Below are positions 13,137 to 26,490 of a stretch of DNA of 64,000 bases, in pieces. This DNA comes from Scenedesmus sp. PABB004 (lineage: Eukaryota), in contig JABVCE010000012.1 in assembly GCA_014905635.1 (NCBI GenBank), positions 1,054,001 to 1,118,000 on the forward strand, written 5' to 3'. Both the position numbers and the translations under genes were made by a program. Within the stretch, counting starts at the first letter, position 1. Each line of letters opens with the position of its first letter. The notes below the pieces were generated by a model, which did not search any database, was not told the DNA's origin, and saw nothing but the letters and a program-made list of their open reading frames with translations.

Positions 13137-13493
13137 CGGCCGCATGGCGCCCGCGCACGCGGCGGCGGCGGCGGCGGCGGCGGCGGGGTGGTCGGGGCGG
13201 GCTGAACTGCATGCATCACACGTGAACAGCTGTGGCTCGGCGTTGGAGTCGATGTGTGTTTGGTTTTCTCCCTTCCTGAACGCGACACCACGGAAGATCC
13301 TTGGCAAATTTCACCCGCCGGCCAGCCGGCCTGCACTGCAGTTGGTCGGCGCATTCGGACTGCTGCCGAAACGGTCTCGTGCTGTCGGGATGCATTTGCA
13401 ACTGATGCATCTGCACCTGCAGCGCAGGCTGCACGCAAGTGAGCACCACTGCTCACCTGTGCTGAGGAAATGAGTTTGGGTGACGGGTGGGCG

Positions 13494-13568
13494 CCAACTG
13501 ACGTGGCGCCAGCCTGGACGAGACCGTTCGCCCAACCGACGTGGCGCCAGCCCGGACGAGACGTTTGG
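13494..13568 (+). repeat. Two imperfect ~38 bp tandem copies containing ACGTGGC, upstream of copy B
   Basis: ccaactgacgtggcgccagcctggacgagaccgttcg and ccaaccgacgtggcgccagcccggacgagacgtttgg. Confidence 0.75.
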
Positions 13569-13778
13569 CGCTGGCGCGCTGTGCGTGAACTGGGCGTGAA
13601 AAGCGAGGTCCGAATCGTTGGCCGCTCAGTTCCGCGCGGCGTCCGTGCCTCCAGGCGAGCCTGTGCACCGCCAGGCGCAGCGTCTCGCAGCCAGCTCTCT
13701 CCAGGTCCCGGAGCAGGCGCAGGTTCCTGGTCACCGGCGGCGGCGGCAGCCGTAGGAGCCGCCCAGGTCCCCGCACCC

Positions 13779-16700
13779 ACCATAATCGACCGCTAGGCGG
13801 ACGTGGCAGGGTCGTCCGCGTGGAGGCGGCCATGCGCGCCGGGGGCGGGCGCTGGCGGGCGCGGCCCCCGCTGGCGCTGCTGCTGCTGCTGGCGGCCGCC
13901 TGCGCGGTCGCCCAGGCTCCGGCGACCGGCAGCACGAGCGCCAGTGCCGGCGGCTCGCCGCGATCGTGCGCCTGCGCGCCGGTGGCCAACGGCGTCACCA
14001 GCTGCACGCCCACGGGGGGCTGCGCGCTGCGCTGCAACGCCGGCTACGCGCGCCAGGGCGAGGGCTGCATCAGAGGTGTGCGGGAGAGCGCCCGCAGCGC
14101 CAGCTGCGGCAACGCAGCGCGGCGGCACCGGCCGCGGCGCGCCGCTGCTGCTGCTCGAGCCGCGCGCGGCTGCTCGCTGGCGCCCTTCGCTGCTCGTCCT
14201 TGACCGCCGCCGTGCGCACCTCGCGCAGGATGTCCGCCCGGCCAGCAGCTGGCGGGCGGGCGCTGCAGCACGTGCCCGGCCAACACCTTCAAGGCGCGCG
14301 CGGGCGCGGCGCGCTGCGTTAAGTGCGCGCCGGGCACGTTCACCGCGGGCCAGCAGCCGGCCAACCGCGACGCCGCCAGCGACTGCATGCAAGGTGGGCG
14401 GCGCGGCGGGGCAGCGGCTGGCCTTGTCAACCGCGGCGGCTGGCGGCTGCGCCGCCGCCCCGCGGCAGTCCCCAGGCGCTGCCCGCTCGCCGGCCGCTGC
14501 CGACACTGCTGCTGCCTTGCGCAGGCGGGCTGCTGCCGGGGCAGGAGCCGACAAAGGGCATGGGCCAGGTGGTGGCCCTGCTGTCGGTGTTTGAGGACAG
14601 CCTGGACTTTGCTCGCACGTTCACGGGCAAGGGCGGCGGGCGGCGCAAGCGCGGATGCATGATCAACTGCGACGCGCTGGACGCCCAGGCAGCAGCGGCG
14701 GAGGCGTTCCTGGCAGGTGCGTGCTGCGGAGCGCTCAAGGGACTGGCAGTTGGCGCCAGCCCCTCGTCCCGCCCGTGCACGGCCACAGCTCGCCTGACGC
14801 GCCGCCTCGCGCTGCTGCTGCTCGCTGCCGGCTGGCCGCCCCACCGCAGGCGCGCCCGCAGCGTACCGTGCGGACGAGCCCTGGCTGGGCCTGCCCAGCC
14901 GGTTGCCTGTGCCCAAGGCGTGGGCGCCGTGCGCCACCGTGGTGGGCAGCGCCGTGGCCAGCGTGCTCGAGGCGTCGCTGGCGTCGTCGCAGGCCGTGCC
15001 AGCGGCGGGGCTGGCGCTGTCGCCAACGCTGGCCTACTTTTGTGCCCCGCCAACAAACACGCTGTGGGGCGCAAGCCCAGAGCAGCTGGAAGCGCGCCCG
15101 TGCGAGCTGGGCTGGAGCAACGAGGCAGCCGTCAGCGCGCTGGCCGCGGCGCCGGCGCCCTTCCTGGCGGCCGCCAGCTGCGTTGGCAGCGGCCTCGTCG
15201 TGAGCGGCGCGGCGTGCAGCGAGGTGGTCAGCCGCTGCAAGCCTGCCGTGCCGGTCCTGGGCTGCTCGTATGAAGCGCTGGACTCATTCCTGTCGATCCA
15301 GCGCGCTGTGCGCGTGGGCGGCGCCGTGCTGAGCAGCATGCTGCTGGACGGCAGCTTCAGGCCCTTCTTTGAGCGCAACCCTGGCGGCGTCTACAACGCG
15401 ACGGTGGACTCCAGCGCGCGGGGCGTGCTGCAGATTGCCGTGTCGATTGTCGGGTGAGGCGCGGCGCGTGCGGGCGCGTGGCCATGCGCGCGCGCTTGCC
15501 GCCTGCCCAGGCTCACCTGCAGCTGCGCGCACCGCCGGTGCTGCCGCCGCTGCGCAGCTATGACAACGTCGGCCTCTTCTGGTGGGTGCAGCTCCCCGAC
15601 AAGGACCTCGCCGGCGGCGGCCTGGTGCGCGTAGCATACGGCAAGGCCGGCGTGGGCAACACGGAGCAGACCTTTGCCGTGGGCTGCGCGCTGCCGCCGC
15701 TGGCGACGACCAAGCTTGCGCGGCGGTCGGTCGAGCCAGACGCGACGCCCGGCTGCTTCTGGTACCAAGGCCAGCCAGGCGACTGGGTCGCCGGCGTGGT
15801 GGACTGGTTTGGCGTCGACATCATGCAGTTTGTGCGGGACAACGCAGAGCGCGGCGCGTTCCAGTTCTTGGACGCCCAGGGCGGCACGAGCAAGCAGCCC
15901 GACCTGTCGCAAAGCCTGGAGGGCAAGCGCGTGCGCGTGTGCGGCATCACGGCGGCGCGGCTGCAGCAGGTGGCGCAGATCGGTGCGTGGCCCGCGGTGT
16001 GGGGTGGGGCGGGGCAGTCCAGCAAAGACGCTAGGCGACTCAGCGACAGCAGCCCTATCAAGCGCCTGCTGCTGCCGCTCGCAGAGTGCCCGCCCGGCCA
16101 GACCCCCGACGGCACCGACTGCATCGTGTGTGGGGACGACACCTTCAAGCCCAGCACTGGGGCCCAGGCCTGCACGCGCTGCCCCGAGGGCACCGTCACG
16201 CTGGGCCAGACCGCCGCCGACCGGGACGAGGCTTCGGACTGCAAGCCTGGTGGGGCGCGCGCAGGCGCTGGGCTGAGGCTGCGACCAGCACGCAGGCGTC
16301 AGCCCGCGGAGCGCCCGTGCAAGGCTGGTCGTTGACGCGCCGCGCACCGCCTGCCGCCCTGCGACCAGCGAGCGAGTTTCTGCTCTGCGATGGGTTCATC
16401 GGCCAGGGCCGGCCCAGCGGCGTGTTCCCCATCACCATCGCTGGCAACACCTACCAGGTCGGGCGCAGGCTCCGCAGGCAGCGGCGGCGTGCGCACTGCG
16501 CGCAGCGCGTGCTCGCGGCGAGGCTGCGCGCTGTGGTCGGCGTCGCGCGCCACGCCGCGCCGCCCTCGCGCCCTCCCCCCTCACGCGCGACCGCCGCTGG
16601 CTGCCGCCGGTGCTCGCCGCAGACATACTGTGACATGGACACCGACGGCGGCGGCTGGCTGCTGGTGCTGAACTACAACCGCGCCGCCGGCACCGCGCCC

Positions 16701-17735
16701 AACACGTACATGCGCAGCCTCGCGGACGGCTTTCCCCTGCTCAACAGCACGGTGCTGGGCACGGACGAGAGCCGGTCCAAGGGCCCGGGCGGCTCGTGGG
16801 GCCACATGCGCTCTGAAGTCCTGGGCGCGCTGCCCAAGGTTTCGGAGTTCCGGCTGTCCGTGCGCACAAGCCAGGGCACGATTCACCTCAAGTCCTCTGA
16901 GCCCAACAGCTTGGAGTACATCCGGACCGGCACCAACGACTACCTCCAGTCGGGCTCGTTAGATCAGGGCTTCACTGCGCCAAGAACTGGCCTGTTCCTC
17001 AACCGTATGCAGCCGAGCTACACGCCGATGCCGGGGCACACTCAGGCCAAGCTCGACGGCCTGCTGCCGACGATGTCCATCCGAGCCATCCTGGCGTTCT
17101 CGCCCAACTCACTCTGGGTGGACGTCCCATTCAATGACCCCCGGATGAACACCCTCGCCCAGCTGTGGCTGCGGGGCTCGGGCGGCAAGCTGGCAGGTGC
17201 GAGGGCATCTCTGCGCGGGTGCTGCGCTCTGCGGCGCTGCGGGCCAGCGCGCGGGGGGCCCGCTGACACGCGCCTGTTTTGTGGGTCTTGCCGCCACGCT
17301 GCTCGCCGCAGACTGCCCGCTCGGAACCTTCCCCGTGGGCTGGGGCTGCCACCTCTGCCCCGAGGGCAGCTACAAGGACGCCACCAGCTCCGCCGGCTGC
17401 ACGCCCTGCCCCGACGCGGGCATGCTGACCTCTGTGGGCGCGCCCATGCTGGGCAGGGACGTGTCGGCACACGACGCGGTGGCAGACTGCAAGCAGGGTG
17501 AGCCGGGGGCGCCTGACCGTGCGTGTGGCCCCAGCAGGCGGACGGGCGCCATCGCACCTGCCGAGCCAGCCGGCAGCCCAGCGCAGCGCCGTCGCCGCGG
17601 TTCACTGAGCGCCGCCACGGCCGCCTGCACTGCGCTGCGCCCCGCAGCCATGCCCGCCGCGTCGGTGCCGCGGCCTGGCGGCGGCACTCTCGAGCTCTAC
17701 ACTAGCACCCTGACCGCCATGGACGCCGAGGCGGT
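13779..17735 (+). repeat. Right arm of the ~4 kb inverted repeat (partner 4126-8108)
   Basis: Identity starts at accataatcgaccgctag (13779) versus the reverse complement of 8091-8108, and falls off inside the C-type lectin exon near 17735. Confidence 0.95.
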
Positions 17736-18099
17736 CTGCGTCCTCGCGGGCGGCCACCTCGTCAGCGTGACGTCGGAGGAGGTCAACGCGGCGCTCGGCG
17801 GGCTCGCGCTCAGCCAGGGGGTGCGCCAGCTTTGGGTCGGGCTGTGGGCCAGCCCTGGGCTCCCGCTGTGGAAGAGGGAGAGCTTCCGCTGGCTGGACGG
17901 CACGACGCTGAGCTACGAAGCCTGGGGCGAGCAAGGGTTCTGGGGCGACACGGTCGACCCCGACGACGTGGACGCGGGCGGTCGCGGCGGTGGGTTTGTC
18001 GGCTGGATCAACGTCCGCAACCAGCGGGGCACGCTCGGCGCCTGGGACGTATTCAAACGGTACGGCTCGATGGCGTTTGTGTGCGAGCGCCGCGGCTGA
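13832..18099 (+). CDS. Secreted mosaic protein copy B (inverted duplicate of copy A, inactive papain-like domain, divergent C-type lectin)
   Basis: Same exon series as copy A. ATG at 13832; ends ...YGSMAFVCERRG-TGA at 18099. Confidence 0.8.
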
Positions 18100-18616
18100 C
18101 GCCGCTGGCGCTCGCGGCTTTGGCAGCCGGGCGGGGTGTGGGGCGGGGCGGCCCACCTGGGCGGCAGCGGCAAGCCTGTTCATTCCGAGCACTGTGGGAC
18201 TTCTCTGTTTTGCCACCGCAAATCGCGGCATCCCTGACCCTGCACATTCTCTTTTCGCGGCTCAGGCCGTTCTCTTTCCACTGCTCAGGCCGTTCTAAAA
18301 CGCGGCGCAGCTGACACGTGTCAGCTTGCAGTACTGCAAGGTCAACTCAGCGATCAACTTCATGCGTGAGACGGGGCGTGAGACGCGCGGCGGACGCTTG
18401 CGGCGGGTTGCGGCGGTGCAAGTCGGCTGTGCGGCCTTCGCGTGCAACCGAACCTGCGGGGATGGTGCAGCCCTTGCCAGTCACTGCCCATTGCGCAGCA
18501 GCAGCCAGCCGCCGCCCCACCGGGCAGCGCTCGCTCTCGCGCCTGCAGCGCCGCTGGTACGGCGCCGCCGGCTCGCCCCCGGGCGCACAGCGGCGGCAGT
18601 CATGACTGCTCGGTGG

Positions 18617-18903
18617 TCACCAATTAAAATCGGACACTGGGCCTGGCCCCGACGCGTCGGCGTAGAGCGCGTGCGCGCGGCAGCGCACGGTCGAGCGCAG
18701 CTCGTCGATGAGGCGGGCCCAGTTTGAGTAGATTGACGCGACGAAGCCGTCGCAGCGCAGCGCGAGGTCCAGGTTGAGCAGGCCGTCCAGGACCTCGTTG
18801 GACATGCCGTGCTGCGTCATGTACAGCAGGTTTGGCACCGCCGCGTCGGGCTTGCGCGGCATGTCGACGTACGACGCCGCCCAGCCGCGCCGCGGCGCGC
18901 TCG

Positions 18904-18964
<61 letters not shown>

Positions 18965-20367
18965 GGCGTCGCTCGCAAAGTACACGACCGTGGCGGGGTC
19001 CTCTGTGCTCAGGAAGAGCTGGCGGCTCAGCGCCGGGTCGTCCGCGAGCAGCCGCAGGACGGCGGCCTCGTACTGCGCGTCGGTGAAGGTGGGCGCCTCG
19101 GTGCCCTTGTCGCCGTGCCGCACGTACAGGCTCACGCAGCCCGGCGCCAGCGCCGCGCCGCGGAACTTGGCCCTGCGCCGCACGGCGGCGGCGGCAGGGG
19201 GCGTTGGCGGGTGGCGGCGCGCGGCGCGTGGCGCGCGGCGCGTGGCGCGCGGCGCGTGCTGCGCGACGGGGCGGCGCCGCACGCGCCGCACCGCTCCCTG
19301 GCGCTGAGCTCCTCCCGCGTGCGCGCGTTGGGGCGAACGATGTACGCGACGCCCTGCGCGCGCCACCAGTAGTAGTGGTTCTTGGCCGGTATCGCTGTCG
19401 CGGCGAGGCGCCCGGCGAAGCGGGTCGGCGCCTTGTCGCGCAGCGCCGCCGCGATCGCGCGCGCGTCGGTCGCCATGACGCGCGGGCCCGCCGGGTCGGC
19501 GAGCGCCGCGGGGTCTGCGCTGAACACCGCGCCCGCCACCTCCTCGGCGCTCAGGCGGCAGTGGCTCAGCGGCTCAAAGTAGCACGCGTCGAGCGTGTCG
19601 CGGCCGGCGCACCAGTCGTCGGCGGCGAGGAAGTGGCCGGGCGCCTCGGCCAGCAGGCGCCCGCTGTCGAGCGCCGCCTGCAGCGCAACGGTCGCCATGT
19701 GCAGCACGCTGCGCGCGCGCGGGCGGGCGGGCGTGTGTGCGGCGGCGGGCGGGCGCTCGGCGGGCGCGCGGCGGTGCGGTGCGGTGCGGGCGCGCGGCCG
19801 CCGCCGTGGCCGGCAGCCCCCGCTGTCGCGCGCGCCTGCCGATGCCGCTCGGCGGCGCGCTGAAGACCAGGAAGCGCGCGCCCTCGCAGCTCGGCGGGTT
19901 CTGGTGCCGCCAGATGTCCTGCTGCGCCTGCGCGCGTGTGCGCGGCGGCAGCACAGCGGCGGCGGCGGCGGCTCGCACGTGCACGGCATCGTGAGCCGCG
20001 CGCGCGCGCGCGGCAGCATAGCGCGGCGCAGCGCGCGCACCTCGGCCGTGAGGGGCAGCACGCCGCCGACGGTGTTGGCGGCGGCGGCGTCGTCGGCGGC
20101 CATCCACGACCCCGGCAGCAGCTGCTGCGGGCAGTCGTCGGTCATGCTGCCCCCGAAGATGTGATTCGTGCGCGGCCGCGCCGGCGCCGGCGCGGCTGGC
20201 CCGCCGGCGCGCACGTGCTGCCAGGCCAGCAGGCTCAGCGCCGCCAGCGCCACCAGCAGCGCGCCGCGCGCCGCGGCGCGCTGCTTGAGGCGGCGCAGCT
20301 GCTGGTTGCGCGGGCTGCCGCCGCCGGGGCCCGGAAGCAGCGCCTCCAGCGCTGCCAGGGACGCCAT
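18617..20367 (-). CDS. GT23/alpha-1,6-fucosyltransferase-like type II membrane glycosyltransferase
   Basis: N-terminal TM segment ALLVALAALSLLAW; IWRHQNPPSC; GIG/SVLH; motif I YVRHGDK, motif II LFLSTEDP, motif III LLNLDLALRCDGFVASIYSNWARLIDELR. Confidence 0.8.
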
Positions 20368-20743
20368 GCTGCTGGTCGCAGCCGGCGCTCTCCAGGCTCC
20401 TGGGACGCGCTCCCGCGCTCCCGACTTTTGGCGCGCGAGTCCTCCCGCCCGCCCGCGCCTGCCTCTCAGCTGGCACGAGCTCCCGGTGCGACGACGGTGA
20501 CCGCACTCGGGCGCGTCTCGCGCGGCGCAGCGCGCTCGCTGCGGAGCGGGTCAGCGGGAGGTAGCGGCTGCTCGCACGCAGCGGCGGCGCGCGCCAAGAA
20601 GGCAGCAGAGCGCCGAGTCTGCGGGTGCGTCCGCGCCGCGAGACGCCGGTTACCAGGGGCACGCGGCGCGCCGCGCGCCGCGGCCGGCCGCCCGCCCGAC
20701 TGCTCCGCTGCCGCTGCCGCGCGCCCGCACCCCCGCCAGCCAG

Positions 20744-23266
<2,523 letters not shown>

Positions 23267-23629
23267 CGGCGCTGCGCCCGCCTCCGCGCCCGCGGGGGCC
23301 GCCCGCACGCTGTCCGGGCGGCCGGCGACGCTCCGGGGCTGGGGCGCGGCCGCTTCGGGGGCTGGTGGTCCGGCAGGGCCCGGGGCGGCCTGCAGGGGCG
23401 GAGCAGCAGCAGCAGACGGCAACCGCACAGCCCCGCTGCGCGAGAGGGGCGGCGGGCACTGGACCGGCTGTGCGGTGTGGGGACGGGCCCGGCGCAGGAA
23501 TGGCGGCGGCGGCAGCGCGGCGCGGGCGCTGGTTGCAGCGCCGCCGCTGTTTGTGACGCTTCGGGCAGCGGTTCCGCGCTCCCGGCGCCGCCGCTGCCCG
23601 CGGGCCGCGCCGCCGCCGCCCGGCGCCGC

Positions 23630-25069
23630 TCAGTCCTCCATGTCGCTGAGGCTGTCGGGTGGCCACGCGACGGGCTCGAGGCGGCCGCCCATGTGCATGC
23701 GCCACGCGACGTCGACGAGCGGCGCGATGTCGGCGAGGTCGTGGCTCACCACGAGCAGCGTGGCCTCCTTCTTCAGCTCACGCAGCAGGCCCACCACCTC
23801 CCTGGCGCACCGTGGGCGAGCGGGCGGGCGGCGCAGCGGTCTAACCGTGAGCCCGGGGGGCGCCGCCGCGGCGCGGCGCCCGCCGCGCGCCGCCAGCCGG
23901 CGGTGTGCAGCGCGGCGCACCTGCGCGCGCGCCAGTCGAGGCCCGCCAGCGGCTCGTCCAGAAGCAGCACGCCCGGCGCGCGCACGAGCTGCAGCGCGAG
24001 CGCGAGGCGGCGCTGCTGGCCGCCGCTGAGCGCCGAGGGGCTGATGTTGAATGGCACGCCGCCCAGGCCGACCGCGTCGATCACCTGCGGCGGCCGCCGG
24101 GCGCGGCGCCAGTCGCGCAGCGCGACGCCCGGCCGTGAGCACGCGCCGCGCGACGCCGCGCCGCCGGTGCGCGCGTCGCCCGCCGCGCGCGCGCCGCGCA
24201 CCCGCTGCATGCGCACGGCCATCGCGCTGCGCTGGCCCCAGAACGCCGTGTCGCGGGGCCAGGTGAAGGTCATCTCCGCCATGACGTCATCCCCCAGGAA
24301 GTGACGCTCCGGGAACTGAAACACCAGCCCCACCTGGCGGGCGCGCCGCGGCGGCGCCGGGCACGGCGGCGCGGGGTGGGCGGCGAGCGGGCGGCGCCCG
24401 GCGGCGGGCGGCGCCCGGCGGCGGGCGGCGCCGCGCAGAGCGCCGCGCAGCGCCGCCGCGCGGCGCGCCGCGCGCCTGCTGCATGCGCTCCTCGATGTGC
24501 GTGGGCAGCAGCAGCCCCGACGCGTGGTCGCCGGGGCGGGGGCGGTGCACGAAGATGTCCCCGCGCGTCTGCTCGCTCAGGCCCGCGAGGAGCTGCAGCA
24601 GCGTCGTCTTGCCGCTGCCGGAGCGGCCGATGATCAGGCCCAGCTGGTTGGGCGGCAGCCGGAAGGACACGCCGTCGAGCAGCGGCGCGTCGGCGCCGGG
24701 CGGGTGGAACGCGAGGTCGCGCACGAGCACGCTGCCGCCCGGCAGGCCGCCGCCGGCGCCGCCGCCGGCGCCCGCCTCGGCCGCCTGCTGCAGCTGCAGC
24801 GCGGCCGCCATGAGCAGCCCCGCGAGGCCGTTGGGGTCGATGCCGCCTGGGCCGAGCCCCGGCGGCGGCCCGCCACCGGCTGCTGCGGCCGCCGCGACGC
24901 CCCGCCGCGGCGGCGCCGCCGCACAGCAGCCCGCTGCGCCCGGCCGCCGCGCCGCAAGCTGCTCGCGCGCCGCGCCACGCGCGGCGAGCCGCTGCCGCGC
25001 GACGCGCGGCCGCGCACTGCCGCTGCAGCCGCCGCCGCTGCAGGCGCGCAGCCGCGTCGCCGCGGCCAT
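23630..25069 (-). CDS. ABC transporter I-family (EcfA/CbiO-like, ABCI11/NAP14-like) ATPase, probably plastid-targeted
   Basis: Ala/Arg-rich transit peptide; Walker A GRSGSGKTT; Q-loop GLVFQFPERHF; LSGGQQRR; LLLDEPLAGLDW; VSHD. Confidence 0.88.
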
Positions 25070-25090
25070 GCTGCTGCTGATAAGGGGCGC

Positions 25091-25476
25091 CTAAAGGTCA
25101 AACAGCTCGTCCTCGGAATCGGCCTGGGGTTGCTCCACGCCCAGCAGCTGCGGAGCAGCGGCGGCAGCGGCGCCGGCGGCGGCTCGGGCGCGGCCGCTGC
25201 GCTGGGGCGCGCCTGCTGCTCGCGCTGCGCGCCGTCGTCGCCCGCGGCGCGCACCTTGCTCATCAGCGCCTGCGTTCCCTCGCTGGCCGCCGCCTGGGCG
25301 CGCAGGCGGGCGAGGTTGGCCTCCCGCGCCACCGCCGCCGTCGCCGCCGCCGTCGCCTTGCCCGCCGCCCGCTTCTTGTGCGCGCGGCGCGTCTTGCGGA
25401 TGGCCTTGGCGATCGCGGGCGCCGGCGCCGTCGACTGCAGGCTCGCGAGCTGCTGCTTGGCGAGCGCCGCGCTCAT
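25091..25476 (-). CDS. Small basic protein (~90 aa, 2 exons), weakly AROS/Rrt14-like
   Basis: MSAALAKQQLASL..RKTRRAHKKR..REANLARL..LMSK, then an intron, then LLGVEQPQADSEDELFDL-TAG. Family assignment is tentative. Confidence 0.55.
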
Positions 25477-25695
25477 TTCTGGCCCGGCTGCTGATCGCAG
25501 GGTGCTCAGCACGTCGCGGAGGCGGCTGTGGGAAGCGCCGCACCGGCTTTTGCGCCGGCCGGCGCCGCAGAACCACCGCGCCCTTGGACGCGGCACTGCA
25601 AAAGCGACGCCGCGGCCGCAGGGGCCAGTTCCCATGCCTCCACCCTGTGCAGAACAGCTCCCCAGACCTCCCAGACCTCCCAGGCACCCGCCACC

Positions 25696-26145
25696 ATGCG
25701 CCGCCACGCCGCGCTGCTGACGCTCTGCGCGCTCGCCGCCGCGTGTGCGGCGGCAGCGCAGCCGCCGGCGGCGCTCCCCGCGCCGCGCGGAGCCGCGGCG
25801 GTCGAGCCCCGCGCGACTGCGGTGGCAGCCCGGAGGCTCGCGGCGTTGGGGCACAGCAGCGTGCTGGGCGGCCTCGCAGAGGCCCTGGCGCGCACGTTCA
25901 CGGAGGCCGCCATCGAGGCGGCCGCGCTGGCCTGGAAGGCGAGCCTCGCCGCGCCAGCGCCCACAGCGGCCCCCGCGGCACCGGCGGTGCAGCTCGTCCA
26001 GCTCCCCGACACGAGCGCCAGCGGCCTCAAGCTCGCCACCGACACGCCCGTCCGCGTGGGCTCGCCTGTCAAGGTCCGCACGCCAGTCGAGCAGGACTCC
26101 TTTCAGAAGAGCGGCTCGCTGCTGGACCTGCTCGTGGGGCGCTGA
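25696..26145 (+). CDS. Hypothetical secreted protein (single exon, ~149 aa)
   Basis: ccaccATG context; signal peptide MRRHAALLTLCALAAACAAAAQ; TGA ending at 26145. Confidence 0.6.
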   Translation: MRRHAALLTLCALAAACAAAAQPPAALPAPRGAAAVEPRATAVAARRLAALGHSSVLGGLAEALARTFTEAAIEAAALAWKASLAAPAPTAAPAAPAVQLVQLPDTSASGLKLATDTPVRVGSPVKVRTPVEQDSFQKSGSLLDLLVGR

Positions 26146-26485
26146 CGGCGCGCGGGCGGCCGCTGGCGCGGGCCGCGGCACCAGTAACCCACCTGGACCG
26201 CCGCGTGACAGTGTCTCAGGGGCTCCGGCCGGCTCGGTGCGGAGCCGCTGCGTTGCCGCGTCGCGTGTGCGAGGCGTGACCGGCAGCCGCCTGCCGCCTG
26301 CCGCGCGCGCACCTCACGCGGCTGCTCGTGAGGCTGATCAGCCGCGGCCCCGCTCGCGCGTCGCGCGTCTAGAGGTCTGCTGATCCGCTGGCTGCGGCCG
26401 GCTCGCACGAAGCCGCGTGGCGCTTGCGGCACGGCGCTGCCCGGCCCACTCTGGGCCCCCGCCAGCCACCGCGCGTGAGGGCGCG

Positions 26486-26490
26486 TTACA
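26486..26490 (-). terminator. TGTAA polyadenylation signal downstream of the CPSF6-like gene
   Basis: ttaca on the + strand, ~35 nt past the stop. TGTAA is the established chlorophyte poly(A) signal. Confidence 0.55.

Noticed and set aside
4126..17735. Inverted arms as terminal repeats of a giant DNA transposon
   Set aside because: The arms are the genes themselves, homology continues outward as diverged coding sequence, and no transposase or target-site duplication is seen.
3744..18099. Diversity-generating retroelement acting on the C-type lectin tips
   Set aside because: No reverse transcriptase in the window, no template repeat, and the A/B differences include indels and are not adenine-specific.
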